DNA of 64,000 nt from Giardia intestinalis (lineage: Eukaryota), in assembly GCA_000002435.2 (NCBI GenBank), contig CM018793.1; one strand, given 5' to 3'. The notes under the pieces are model-generated. The model saw only the letters and a list, made by a program, of their open reading frames with translations. It was not told the origin of the DNA and made no database searches. A program made the translations under genes and the position numbers. Below, piece by piece: positions 34,973-45,234 of this stretch (positions are counted from its first letter, which is position 1; every line of letters starts with the position of its first letter).

Positions 34973-36709
34973 CTAGTACTGCCCTTCGATGATGTTATTC
35001 TGAGAGACGTTGGCGTTATTTCTTTTCATTTGCTCTGGGTTATGGAGGCGCATGACCTCGGATCCGGGCTGATTGGTGACGTCGCGCTCTGCTCCTGCAT
35101 ACTGTCGAAGACGCTCAACAACAATCCTGTCTATGTCCTCGTCGCAAAGCTCAAAGTTGTCCACGGCGGTCTTGATGCGGGCACCTGCTTCTCTGCGCAG
35201 CGCACTCTCTATGGATTTAAAGATCTCGTCTTCTCTGCTGCGTTTCCAGTTGCGAGCCTCAGAGTTAGTGACCATCTTATTAATCTTCAGTCGGAACTGC
35301 TTGGCTTCTTCTGCTTCCTTCATGAGGGCGAGGTCGTTTGCTTTCTTGGTTGCAAGAGCCTCCTTTAGTATTCGCTCCTGGCGTAGCTGCTCATTTAGCT
35401 CGTCCCTCTTCCACTTTGCCTCGAGCCGGAGGTTTTCCCGCTCGACAGCAAGCGCTCTCTTTAGGGTTTGAGCTATGCGGCCCTCGAGCTTGTAGTAGTA
35501 TGAGACTTCTTGCTGATGTATCTCCTGCATTACCTTGTAGATCATCTTGTGCAGTTTTATCTTCATCCTCTCCTCTTCGAATTGGATTGTTTTCTGTTGT
35601 GTTAGAGATCGAGGCTCGGTTGGCGTCCTCGGTGTTCTGGATGCTCCTCGTCCAGAGCCAGTACCGGGTGTGACAGGTGTGCGCAGCTGTCGTGACCGAG
35701 AGGTTGTTGAGCGATAGGGGGACATGGACTTGGAAGGAGACGCGCCACTGTAGGCTGCTGCCCGAGTGTTAGCACTTACGGATCTGTCTGCAAGGGCCAC
35801 CACAAAATTGCGGAGGTACTTATCGTAGTAGAGATCTACCATTTCACGCACTTCCTGATTGAGTGCCTCTTGGTCAACAACAGACTTTCTACTCCCCTTT
35901 TGGTGAGCACTGATAGTTGCCCGAGACGGAGTGTTCGAACTGGTGCTGGGTCGAGACAGCGCCATAGTTCTGTATGGCGGAGATCTATGCTCAATACTGG
36001 GGGTTGATTGATTGACTCCTTTGTTCCCTCTAATGGGAGAGCTAGAGTCCCCTAAATAAGAAGAACTAACGGACTGATTCTGAGAAGAACGCTGTGGCGG
36101 ATTGACAGAATCAGTTATTAGTAGGGACCCGTTGAGATTTCCCGACGCCCCAACACCAATAGGTCCAATGGATGCTTGATGGCTATCTGCCTCGGCATAC
36201 CTATCTAGGATCTGCTTTGCAGATAGAATACCCTTTGGATCCTCGTACTTCTTCTGCTGCTCCATATACTCAGCTTGTCGCTCCATCAAATCCCGTGACT
36301 CTAGTTCCATCTGCATCTTAAGCAACTTCGTGGCGACCGCTTCCGACATCATCGGGTAACTGGGCATGTCCTCGCTCTTAATAAGCGTGTATACTATCTC
36401 TAGAAGCAGGACACAGTCGAAAAGCTGGTGCTCTTTGAGTCCCTTTGGAGATATGTGATTCGTGGTGATACCCAGTTTGCTTTCAATGTATGAAAGCAGG
36501 CTAACTTCTTTGGCATACGCACGCATGGATGACGTCAGAGATTGCGGAGTGGGAAAGCGGTCCAGCTTGAAGTAGACAAGTGCTAGCTGGTTCACGACCT
36601 CAAACGTAATCTGGCTTGTGTCCGAGAGTATGTTCTTGATTCCAAGCTTGCGGAGCAATATATTAATGCAGGACAGGGCCTGGGCCTTGTAAGAGTCCAC
36701 GCTGGACAT
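34973..36709 (-). CDS. hypothetical protein; S/T/P-rich N-terminal half and coiled-coil C-terminal half
   Basis: In-frame ATGs at 36811 (MMREALG) and 36709 (MSSVDSYK). I prefer 36709: it has an AT-rich initiator ('aaattttattctggaaatccaATG') and does not overlap the divergent neighbour. Confidence 0.4.
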   Translation of the reverse strand: MSSVDSYKAQALSCINILLRKLGIKNILSDTSQITFEVVNQLALVYFKLDRFPTPQSLTSSMRAYAKEVSLLSYIESKLGITTNHISPKGLKEHQLFDCVLLLEIVYTLIKSEDMPSYPMMSEAVATKLLKMQMELESRDLMERQAEYMEQQKKYEDPKGILSAKQILDRYAEADSHQASIGPIGVGASGNLNGSLLITDSVNPPQRSSQNQSVSSSYLGDSSSPIRGNKGVNQSTPSIEHRSPPYRTMALSRPSTSSNTPSRATISAHQKGSRKSVVDQEALNQEVREMVDLYYDKYLRNFVVALADRSVSANTRAAAYSGASPSKSMSPYRSTTSRSRQLRTPVTPGTGSGRGASRTPRTPTEPRSLTQQKTIQFEEERMKIKLHKMIYKVMQEIHQQEVSYYYKLEGRIAQTLKRALAVERENLRLEAKWKRDELNEQLRQERILKEALATKKANDLALMKEAEEAKQFRLKINKMVTNSEARNWKRSREDEIFKSIESALRREAGARIKTAVDNFELCDEDIDRIVVERLRQYAGAERDVTNQPGSEVMRLHNPEQMKRNNANVSQNNIIEGQY

Positions 36710-36750
36710 TGGATTTCCAGAATAAAATTTCTTTTCTTCCGCAAATTTCC

Positions 36751-38430
36751 ATGGAGACCGGAGTGGGCTCAGAGCAACACTGGGGATTATGCCCAGGGCT
36801 TCGCGCATCATCGTGTCAAGGTATTTCTCCAGATTTATTAGAGTGTACCCTCTTTGTTGACATGGGCGATCTACGTTATTTATTTGCTAATATATGTGAT
36901 ATTGTCCGGGCCGTCAAAGGGGGCAAGCAGTGTCGTGTGTTTCTTTATGAGAGGCATGCACATCTACTATGTAAGTTGATTGTCAAGCTCATCCTCTTAC
37001 TTCTTATTGGTCAGGAGACAGACGTCAACTCCAAGATCGAGCTAGCCCACTGCTATTCGGAGATCCACGGGAACACATTTATCTCAGCAGATGCCAAAGA
37101 GCTTTTAAAGTCCGCATTGAAGATAGCATTAGCACTATTTTCTCCTGGATATCGATCCAAGCTCTCTGATGCACACAGAAAGACTTATCTGGCAGCAGCT
37201 AATGTTCTTGATTTTCGAAGCTATTTAAAGCGCGGCGATCAAGACGATTTCTATAGTATTCTTCATTCTATGCTAGAAGAATGCACGGTGAAGCAGGCAG
37301 CACCAGACGATGGGAAAGCAGTCTATCGCAAGAATAGTCACACCCTGACCCCTGGGGTCGAGAAGATAGAGGCGGTGATGGGCCCAGGTGATGCGTTTGA
37401 CAAGCGTTTGAGAGACTTCTATCTGGAGAGATATGATGTGCGTGCAAATGTCTGCATGTGGGACAAGCACATGCACTTAGCTAGTCGCCTGGCCGTTATA
37501 CACGACCCTTTCTTTCAGTCGTTTCGTACCTCGGGGATTTCATACCTAAGAGCCTACTACCGTGGAGCTGCAGTCCTGGGCAACACCGAGGAGGCCCTTC
37601 CAGTGGCGCGGCGTGCAGCAACTACCCAGGAATCCAAAATGTACTGTGGCGAGGACAATCCGCTTCTTCTTTCGAGAACCGTCGAAGGGTCAAAGGTTTC
37701 AACTACTGGATATAGAGGAGACATTCTTCTAGGTCCCTGGTTCGAGGTCGGTTACAATGTGCACTACTGCTTTCCAGACTATTTTGAGCAGGTCCTGAAG
37801 CCCACAATGCATCGAGAACCTAATGCTACCGTACCACTAGTTTCCGACCTGCACGAGTTGACGACTCTGGAAGACTTTGAGCTCTATCGTGTGTACTCCC
37901 CCACGGGCCCGTCATCCTTTGAAGGGATCTTCTCCAGCGTAGAGATATCTGTCTTTAATCTATGTGTCTGCTCTTCTCTGCTCTGGGAGCTAGTAGATGC
38001 ATACAGTACCTTGGACAGGTCACAGCCCACTGGCCCCATTGTCTTGCTCACCGGTGACTTCGGGTCCAGGGTTGGGACCATCCACAAGACTGCCAATCTC
38101 TTCACTGCTGTCTTCCTGAGCATAGAGGGGTGTCGTCTTCTCCAGTCTCCGGATGTATATCATGCCCAGCTGGAGCCGTGCTTGCGTAAGGGTGCTGGTC
38201 ACGTACTTATCACTGAGTTAGGACAGTACGTACTGAGACTGCAGCGAGCAGAGGTTCCTCTGTTCAAGGACAAGCTTAAGAGACAATTGACATCTTGTGG
38301 CTATGAAGCCTCTGAGGCAACGGCAGTTCTTCCTTTCTTCAATAAATATCCAAAGGAGGAGCAAACAGAGGCTATGGGGACGCACCTTGTTGCTGTTGTT
38401 GCAACCGCGAAAACCCCCAATCTTGAATAA
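36751..38430 (+). CDS. hypothetical protein (about 560 aa)
   Basis: The ORF track starts at a TTG (36709); the first ATG is at 36751 (METGVGSEQ...), preceded by 'aataaaatttcttttcttccgcaaatttccATG'. Stop TAA at 38428-38430. Confidence 0.4.
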   Translation: METGVGSEQHWGLCPGLRASSCQGISPDLLECTLFVDMGDLRYLFANICDIVRAVKGGKQCRVFLYERHAHLLCKLIVKLILLLLIGQETDVNSKIELAHCYSEIHGNTFISADAKELLKSALKIALALFSPGYRSKLSDAHRKTYLAAANVLDFRSYLKRGDQDDFYSILHSMLEECTVKQAAPDDGKAVYRKNSHTLTPGVEKIEAVMGPGDAFDKRLRDFYLERYDVRANVCMWDKHMHLASRLAVIHDPFFQSFRTSGISYLRAYYRGAAVLGNTEEALPVARRAATTQESKMYCGEDNPLLLSRTVEGSKVSTTGYRGDILLGPWFEVGYNVHYCFPDYFEQVLKPTMHREPNATVPLVSDLHELTTLEDFELYRVYSPTGPSSFEGIFSSVEISVFNLCVCSSLLWELVDAYSTLDRSQPTGPIVLLTGDFGSRVGTIHKTANLFTAVFLSIEGCRLLQSPDVYHAQLEPCLRKGAGHVLITELGQYVLRLQRAEVPLFKDKLKRQLTSCGYEASEATAVLPFFNKYPKEEQTEAMGTHLVAVVATAKTPNLE

Positions 38431-38441
38431 CTTCCAAAAAA

Positions 38442-40049
38442 ATGTATTCGCTGGGCCTCCCGAATCTTCCTCACACTTACAGATCAGACCGACAGAGATT
38501 GTTTGTTGAGGAAGACCGCACATACGTAACACTCAGAGACGAGAAGAGCCACTGTTTGCTCCTTAGTTTAAGAGAAAAAGGTGTTTACCAATATCTTCCC
38601 ATCCTGGTCTCCACGTCTCAATACATTCTAGTTGAAGATGAGGTAGAATACGCGGATGAAATCGCATGCAACCTGACCTCATCAACGCTGAAGTCTGCTA
38701 ATTCCATTCGAGCAATTGTAGTTGATGACCCTGCATACAGCTCCTTTATCGCTAGCCCCACTGAGGAACCAAATAGCTCTCTGCAAAAGAACTTTGCTAA
38801 GAGTATCACATACCACGCCGTCTACAGCATCAATCCCACCAATCTTATATTGATTCTTTACTCCCGCCTCTCCCTTGATGTGCAGTTCTATCACATTATT
38901 TTGAAGAAGAAACTGATTATCAAGGAATATACGCGGATTCTACCCAATGCAGTGTCAGTCTCTGCTGTTGTCGAAACAATGAAGGTGGATAACCAGATTT
39001 TCATAGGGGCGTACGACCGGCTATACAGTCTCACATTCCCTAGACTAAAGGGTCGCGAGCTTCACATGTTTATTGAGCCTCCAGAAATAAATCTGGTTCT
39101 ATTTGGCAGGCTTATCTCTGGCTACAAACTTAGTATAAACTTTATCCCCACAAATGCAGTGGTTGGACAGCCTAGCAAAGAGAATTGTGGGCCTGATCTT
39201 CCCAGGGAGTCCACGCAGAAGAGCCAACGCAGTGCTGTAGATGGAGAGCTTCTCAATTGCGACGTGGAGCGATTACCCACGCCTTCCGAGAGTGCTATGC
39301 TCGCCGCTGATCAGCACCAGGACAATTACAATCCAGTAACTCTGATTAGCACGAACAACGCCGCAACCATGGATCTTGCTGACTTCGGTGCTGTCCCAGA
39401 CACTCTGGGAGTGGAGGAGGTTAGAGCTGCGTTGCAGAGGGGCAGTGAGGGAGGGCTGCACCGATTTCCATCCAAGGCAGACACTGTGGTCACCCCATTT
39501 AATGTGCAGGACACAGAGCACGGTACTAACATATATCCCAATAGTACCGATCATCCTACACGCGCAGTCGCCTGCTCTTCTTATAGTGATGAGGCTAACG
39601 CATACATGCGTAATCAGCTACAAAGCATGGTGAGTGCCTCCACGGCGTGTGTGGTATTGATTGGTGGGGTTGTGCGCGCTAACGGAAGAAAGTACAACAA
39701 CAAGCGCATACTATACATACCGATAAGCAACATGAATAACTGGGTTTATCAGACGCTGGGGGAATCGAAAGCCATATGGCAGGACTGGGACATTTCCTTC
39801 TTGGAGCGGGAAAAGATAATAGCATTTGGGGGGCGGCGGCGACGCCTCTCATCCGACCTTCGAGTGATCGACCTATCGAAGGGTACTGTGTACGTATGTA
39901 GTCCACTCTATGGGTGTTTGGTTACTCCGAGAAGAAAGGCATCAATCTTCCTTTTCTACGATAAGGGGGTTCGGAAACTGCGAATAGAGTCGGGCTGTAC
40001 TCAAACAGAAGTATTACGAGATGTGGCGGAGCTTGTTTTGCCGATGTGA
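38442..40049 (+). CDS. hypothetical protein (535 aa)
   Basis: ATG at 38442 preceded by 'cttccaaaaaaATG', only 11 nt after the upstream stop. No motif recognised. Confidence 0.4.
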   Translation: MYSLGLPNLPHTYRSDRQRLFVEEDRTYVTLRDEKSHCLLLSLREKGVYQYLPILVSTSQYILVEDEVEYADEIACNLTSSTLKSANSIRAIVVDDPAYSSFIASPTEEPNSSLQKNFAKSITYHAVYSINPTNLILILYSRLSLDVQFYHIILKKKLIIKEYTRILPNAVSVSAVVETMKVDNQIFIGAYDRLYSLTFPRLKGRELHMFIEPPEINLVLFGRLISGYKLSINFIPTNAVVGQPSKENCGPDLPRESTQKSQRSAVDGELLNCDVERLPTPSESAMLAADQHQDNYNPVTLISTNNAATMDLADFGAVPDTLGVEEVRAALQRGSEGGLHRFPSKADTVVTPFNVQDTEHGTNIYPNSTDHPTRAVACSSYSDEANAYMRNQLQSMVSASTACVVLIGGVVRANGRKYNNKRILYIPISNMNNWVYQTLGESKAIWQDWDISFLEREKIIAFGGRRRRLSSDLRVIDLSKGTVYVCSPLYGCLVTPRRKASIFLFYDKGVRKLRIESGCTQTEVLRDVAELVLPM

Positions 40050-40276
40050 CCCGGACCTCTGTAAACGGCGCTCTTTAACGATGGGCTTTCCACTTCTACT
40101 TTTAACTTTTCTGTGCCCATAGGTTGGTATGAACACCTTTATCCACAAGCAGTGAGAATGCTCAAACGAACGTCTGGGATATTGAAGCTAATTAACACTG
40201 AAACTTAATTAATCTTCAAAATCACAAGGCCGAGGAAACTTAGAGGCTTGGCGAGAGTATACTGGTTGTTCCGTAC

Positions 40277-40302
40277 TTTATCTAGGCTTATTTATCTAGG
40301 CT
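40277..40302 (+). repeat. tandem direct repeat (TTTATCTAGGCT x2, period 14) immediately 5' of the kinase ATG
   Basis: 'acTTTATCTAGGCTtaTTTATCTAGGCTcttaggggtaATG'. Confidence 0.6.
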
Positions 40303-40312
40303 CTTAGGGGTA

Positions 40313-43069
40313 ATGAGCAGACCTGGCTTGTATATAGGGCAAGTTATTTACAACTACCGAGTCTTAGAAAAGATTGGTACGGGGAGGTTTGGGACTGTCT
40401 ATCGCGTCCAGAGAGTGGGTACAAACAAGCTTTTTGCACTGAAATACATAGACCTCAAAATGAGCACAGAGAAAGCCAGAAGGCTGCACATGCGCGAACT
40501 ACAGTTACTGCCGTATCTTAAGCATCGCAACGTCATAAACTGCTGTGAGGCACACTTAGACAACAATATGACCGCGTATTTGTTCATGGAGCTTGCAATT
40601 AGCGATTTGAGTAGCCTCTCTAGGACGTGTGCAGCGGCCTATGCACCTGATTATGAACAGCATATCTGCAGAATCATTGCTGACGTAGCTTCTGGGCTGC
40701 ACTACCTCCACACCTATCATACCATGGAAGCTGTCTGTGGACAACCAATCGCTGGGCCCACACCAACAAAGATAGTTCACCGCGACATCAAGCCCGAGAA
40801 CCTCCTTCAGATGGCCGACGGCACAGTGAAGATAGCCGATTTTGGAATCATTGGGCAGTTGAATGTAGAGGAGATGCTCTCCACAGGAGTCGGCACAATC
40901 CGGAACTGTGCGCCAGAGATCTTCAAGCTTCTCAAGTACACAGAGAAGATAGATATATGGGCTCTGGGATGCGCCATTTATCGGTTTTGTCATGGGACTG
41001 ATATCTTTAGTCAGCCCCAAAAGGCCACTACGCTGTCAAGGGTGCGGGAAAGCATGCTTCAGCAACATTCTGCCCTGGCCGACGGAAGAATAGCCTTTGA
41101 GTTTCGCGGTTTTTCTCAAGAGCTATGCAATTTAGTGAAGAGCATGTTTGCCATAGATCCCAGCCAGCGTCCCAGTGCCTATGAGATTCTTTGTCATCCT
41201 CTTATTAACAGGTGGGTGTACAGAGAACGCTATCTGGACTATAACATCCACAATGACATCCCAGCAATCGCCGGTTATCACGACTTTCATTTAATTGAAT
41301 GTACACATAACAGCAATATCTATAAAGCAGTATCTAGTCACACAAGGCAGCCTGTGGTGGTAAAGCGGATTCAATTAGAAGACTCTGGGCATGCTCGCTA
41401 TTTGCAAGATGTTGAACTGCAAATTAGTAGAGAGATCGCCAAAGGGACGTGGAACAATCTTCTTGGTACCATATTGGATGTAATAGATCCGATAGAAGTG
41501 CATCCTGGGTGCCAAGAGGCATACATAGTTATGGAATACTATGAGCGGGGAGACTTGAACGAATACTGCAGAGTAGCAAATATAACAAACGAGCAACTGG
41601 CAGAAGATTATATTTTAGTGATTATGGCTTCCATTCTGGAAGCCTTGGCATTTCTTCATACACCGAACGCTGCACTTAATAAGCCTGCTATTATTCATAA
41701 AGACGTTAAGCCAGGTAACATCCTCTTGACCTCATTTGGTAGCGTGGTACTCATTGACTTTGGATCCGCCACCGAATTGGAAGGCGACTTTCATGAGAGA
41801 GACGACTTCATTACAGGCTCATTGATGTACATGGCACCAGAGTTGTTGCGAGGAGAAAGATATAACGAAAAGGTTGATATCTGGTCTCTCGGAATGACTG
41901 CCTTGTTCCTTTGCGAAAGCCACTATCTAGTTGTTGGATCTACGGCCGGCGCAATACTAAGTAGCATAGAGAGTATATTTCGTAGTGACTATAGGATACC
42001 AAGTAGATATAGTGATGGGCTTAACTCCTTGATCATGATGATGCTCCAATGTGATGTGCAGGAACGACCCTCGGCGCAGGCTCTGTTGAAGCACCCTCTG
42101 ATTGCCGCTAACAGACCAAACTCTTCAGTGGACAGACACGGGAAGTGTCCAGTGATTCGTGCCATCGAAGCTCGTAAGGAAATAACACACTCCTTAGCGA
42201 CACGCTATCCAGACACAGTGGATTCCTCAGGGATGTTTGCCTTAGCGCATGCTGCAAAGTACTGGGACTCAGCCGCCATTCGCATCCTATTGGATATCCA
42301 GAAGAAGATGGTGACACTTCACAAGCAATTCACACCCCTAATGGTATTTCTCTTATCATTACAACTATCTCGTGAGAAAGATGTGGTGAGCAATCTCGAA
42401 AAGATTGAGGAGTGCTTTGAACTTTTAGTACCCTCATTTGCTCGACTTCAAGATGCAACGGGGTATACAGCCCTCATGTGGACTATCCGTCTATATACGC
42501 AGATTAAAGAATCCGGCACACCAGAATCAACTACCTGCGAGGTGCTTCTGAAGTTTATTCCGCGGCTTATCCAAATGGAGCAAGGGGTGGTTCGATCGAC
42601 TGGAGGCACGGCTCTCATGTTAGCCGCGGAGCTGGGATGTCTCGAGGCCGTTGAAGAGTTTGTCCGTATGAACGCAGAGCTCGGCATGCAGAAGCCCAAT
42701 GGAGTCACGGCGCTAATGATTGCAATCAGAAAAGGGCATAACAGCATCGTCAATCTTTTGGTTGAGCGGGAGCACTCACACACAGTAACTGATCCTCCAG
42801 GGTTCACCGCCCTCATGCTCGCTGTGTTGGCCCAGAACACTAAGGCGGTGGAGCGCCTACTGGCATTCGAGGCACAGAGGGCAACAAACGACGGGGTGAC
42901 CGCATTGATGATCGCCGCGGAGATAGGCAAGTCGGAAATACTCGATCTTTTAGCTCCAGCAGAATACGGCCTACTAGACAAAAACCACAATACAGCCGTG
43001 GACTATGCGTGTAGTAATGAAGTGGGGATTTATCTACAGAGATATGCCAAGGGTGATAGTAACCTATAG
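40313..43069 (+). CDS. NEK-family protein with tandem kinase domains (the second degenerate) and C-terminal ankyrin 'TALM' repeats
   Basis: Domain 1 has GTGRFGTV, ALKYI, HRDIKPENLL, DFGI and APE, so it looks catalytically competent. Domain 2, at about aa 320-600, has VVVKRI, 'IHKDVKPGNILL' (HRD replaced by HKD, no Gly loop), DFGSA and MAPELL. The C-terminal 300 aa carry five or more ankyrin units (GYTALMWTI, GGTALMLAAELG, GVTALMIAIRKG, GFTALMLAVLAQ, GVTALMIAAEIG). Confidence 0.7.
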   Translation: MSRPGLYIGQVIYNYRVLEKIGTGRFGTVYRVQRVGTNKLFALKYIDLKMSTEKARRLHMRELQLLPYLKHRNVINCCEAHLDNNMTAYLFMELAISDLSSLSRTCAAAYAPDYEQHICRIIADVASGLHYLHTYHTMEAVCGQPIAGPTPTKIVHRDIKPENLLQMADGTVKIADFGIIGQLNVEEMLSTGVGTIRNCAPEIFKLLKYTEKIDIWALGCAIYRFCHGTDIFSQPQKATTLSRVRESMLQQHSALADGRIAFEFRGFSQELCNLVKSMFAIDPSQRPSAYEILCHPLINRWVYRERYLDYNIHNDIPAIAGYHDFHLIECTHNSNIYKAVSSHTRQPVVVKRIQLEDSGHARYLQDVELQISREIAKGTWNNLLGTILDVIDPIEVHPGCQEAYIVMEYYERGDLNEYCRVANITNEQLAEDYILVIMASILEALAFLHTPNAALNKPAIIHKDVKPGNILLTSFGSVVLIDFGSATELEGDFHERDDFITGSLMYMAPELLRGERYNEKVDIWSLGMTALFLCESHYLVVGSTAGAILSSIESIFRSDYRIPSRYSDGLNSLIMMMLQCDVQERPSAQALLKHPLIAANRPNSSVDRHGKCPVIRAIEARKEITHSLATRYPDTVDSSGMFALAHAAKYWDSAAIRILLDIQKKMVTLHKQFTPLMVFLLSLQLSREKDVVSNLEKIEECFELLVPSFARLQDATGYTALMWTIRLYTQIKESGTPESTTCEVLLKFIPRLIQMEQGVVRSTGGTALMLAAELGCLEAVEEFVRMNAELGMQKPNGVTALMIAIRKGHNSIVNLLVEREHSHTVTDPPGFTALMLAVLAQNTKAVERLLAFEAQRATNDGVTALMIAAEIGKSEILDLLAPAEYGLLDKNHNTAVDYACSNEVGIYLQRYAKGDSNL

Positions 43070-43111
43070 CGTAGCAATGCACGTGCTACTAGGCTATCAC
43101 AACTACTAAAA

Positions 43112-45205
43112 CTAGATAGGGGTGGAGTAGAAGTTCCTTATAACTGAGATAACATGCTCAAGCTCTCTTAGCGTGCTATCATAGAGAGCAAGATCAGTTT
43201 GCAACACCGTGAGCTGAGAGTCATTAGTTTCGATTAGAGTGTCAACAGATACGTCTATGGCCGAGTTAAACGACTCGCCTTGCAAGAGATAAGGGGCCAT
43301 GCTTTTGTAAAGCGCGGAAAGCTTATTAGATATCAACGAGGAAAATACATTGGGTGCCATCACTTCCCGTTGCTTCAGCAGAGTATGCGTATCTACAACC
43401 CACCCATCCAGCTGGGCCACCTTGATGCCCTGCACAATCCCTGTACCTCTATCGAGCTTGAGATGTGGGTTAGCGGTACCGCCGAGCTTTGTGACTCCAG
43501 AAGGTGTCAGGTATGCGTCTGTCATGTGGTCATTGATGATCCTTTTTGAGAATATCGATTTGAGGCTCTCTTGATAGCCGTCAATACGTGCCAAAAACGA
43601 GTCCAAAGCATCAAAAACTTGATTCTGGACCTCCCAATTCCTTGAGAGACAGGTTTTAGTGAACATGGATGTGAAAAAGTGTCTTTTGGAGTGATTTAGA
43701 AGCTTAAATAATTCATACACGGATTGGATGCAGTCAACAGAATCCCTCAATTGATGTGAGTACAGTCCTGGTAAGATATCATCACTGTGGGCCACATGAG
43801 AAATCACTTTTCGGTGTCGGTGCTCCTCTGTCACCATTCTCTCTGAGACAGAGTCCTGACTCAAGGGGATTGTTGCACCTGTTCTTATTATTTCCTTAAG
43901 GCGCATCAGCACTGCACTACTAGAAGACCCCTGCTCAAGCTCTCTGATTGCCAAAGAGTGCGCATACATGTCTCTGAAAGATGTAATCGCAGACAAGGAT
44001 GAATAGGTGTCTAGGGAAGCATGAATATCACTGAAAACTTTCCATATCCCATCCAGCTTTTCAGTGAGTAATTGCCTGTGCTCTTCTCTACCAGAACTCG
44101 TTACAGTAGCCTCTATTTTCTTGTTGGTTCGCTGAATAGTATCAGTAAGGTATTCTATCTGTTGCAATTGGTTTTCTGTTTTCTGTCTAAGTGTGTTTGT
44201 TTTGTTCATAGCTGATACTAGCTCGTCAACAAGGCGCTTTGTTCGACGACCGCAATTCTCAAGCTCTCTGCTGTGGTCCTGCAAAAACGAACTGCACCGT
44301 TGTAACCCGAAAACCTCTGCCTTCAGGAGAACTGCGCCTAGCTGTGGTGTCTTTGTCATCAAATGCTTAATAACCTGAGATGTGATGTTTTCTGGGGCCA
44401 GTTCAAAAGACTCATTACAATAGGTTAGCAAAAGGTCGTTTTCACGCATGCGCAGCAGATCTAGCTCAGCTAGTATTGCTTCTCCCTCCTTAATGTTACG
44501 GAGCGTTGCCTTGTACACGAATCCTAAGCGCGGATGAGTATCTGGGTAGGTCTCATTAGACTCTTCAAAGACCTCTTCATCGTCTCGAAGAAATACCTTA
44601 AGTTGGTGAATCGCTGACTCTATCTCACTCTTGAGTTGACGGAGGAGGGTGGCAAGCCGATGCTTGGTGCTCATGGTGAACTGTCGTGTAGCCTGCTCCT
44701 GTGCAGACAAAAGGTCACGCTCAGAAGTTGCTGTCTCAGATAAATTGGTAGAATCAACCAGAGCCGACCCACATGCGCCTCGAAAAGCGTTCAAGGATTG
44801 CACAATTCCATCTAAAGCCTCATTGACCCTTGTTAGATGGACAATTTTAGTTAGTTGGTTTCGTGTGCTTTCTTCGCTCTTTGCATATGTATCTGTGTCC
44901 ACAAGTACAGACTGCACTAGCTCAAGGAGTTTGGATGGCTGCTCTCCGACTGACATTTGAGTAGACGCGTTCGTGGCAGCAATCTTTTGCTTTTGGAGCT
45001 CCATGATGCGGAAAATCTTTCGAATGCGTGTATACTCGCCCGGGCTAACAGTGTGACGCATCAGCTCTTCCTGAAAGCTCTCATTTGATGCTGAAAGGCA
45101 ATCAAAGTTCTTGGGATGCGGCCGTAGCCTTTCGTCATGCGGAGCATAGCCGAGATCCTTCGTCAGCCAAGTATGAAACTTGATGGATGCCGGTGTGGCA
45201 CACAT
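43112..45205 (-). CDS. hypothetical protein (697 aa); partly coiled-coil
   Basis: ATG at 45205 (plus-strand 'cat' at 45203-45205) with 'ttttaattccacaccaaATG' on the coding strand. Convergent with the kinase gene across a 42-bp gap. Confidence 0.4.
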   Translation of the reverse strand: MCATPASIKFHTWLTKDLGYAPHDERLRPHPKNFDCLSASNESFQEELMRHTVSPGEYTRIRKIFRIMELQKQKIAATNASTQMSVGEQPSKLLELVQSVLVDTDTYAKSEESTRNQLTKIVHLTRVNEALDGIVQSLNAFRGACGSALVDSTNLSETATSERDLLSAQEQATRQFTMSTKHRLATLLRQLKSEIESAIHQLKVFLRDDEEVFEESNETYPDTHPRLGFVYKATLRNIKEGEAILAELDLLRMRENDLLLTYCNESFELAPENITSQVIKHLMTKTPQLGAVLLKAEVFGLQRCSSFLQDHSRELENCGRRTKRLVDELVSAMNKTNTLRQKTENQLQQIEYLTDTIQRTNKKIEATVTSSGREEHRQLLTEKLDGIWKVFSDIHASLDTYSSLSAITSFRDMYAHSLAIRELEQGSSSSAVLMRLKEIIRTGATIPLSQDSVSERMVTEEHRHRKVISHVAHSDDILPGLYSHQLRDSVDCIQSVYELFKLLNHSKRHFFTSMFTKTCLSRNWEVQNQVFDALDSFLARIDGYQESLKSIFSKRIINDHMTDAYLTPSGVTKLGGTANPHLKLDRGTGIVQGIKVAQLDGWVVDTHTLLKQREVMAPNVFSSLISNKLSALYKSMAPYLLQGESFNSAIDVSVDTLIETNDSQLTVLQTDLALYDSTLRELEHVISVIRNFYSTPI

Positions 45206-45234
45206 TTGGTGTGGAATTAAAAAGTATTCCTTTA

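Noticed and set aside
45187-45234. Upstream ATG at 45187 as the start of the ankyrin gene
   Set aside because: It would overlap the 5' end of the divergent gene (ATG at 45205 on the minus strand) and has no AT-rich initiator. The ATG at 45235 has the canonical 'ttaaaaagtattcctttaATG' context.
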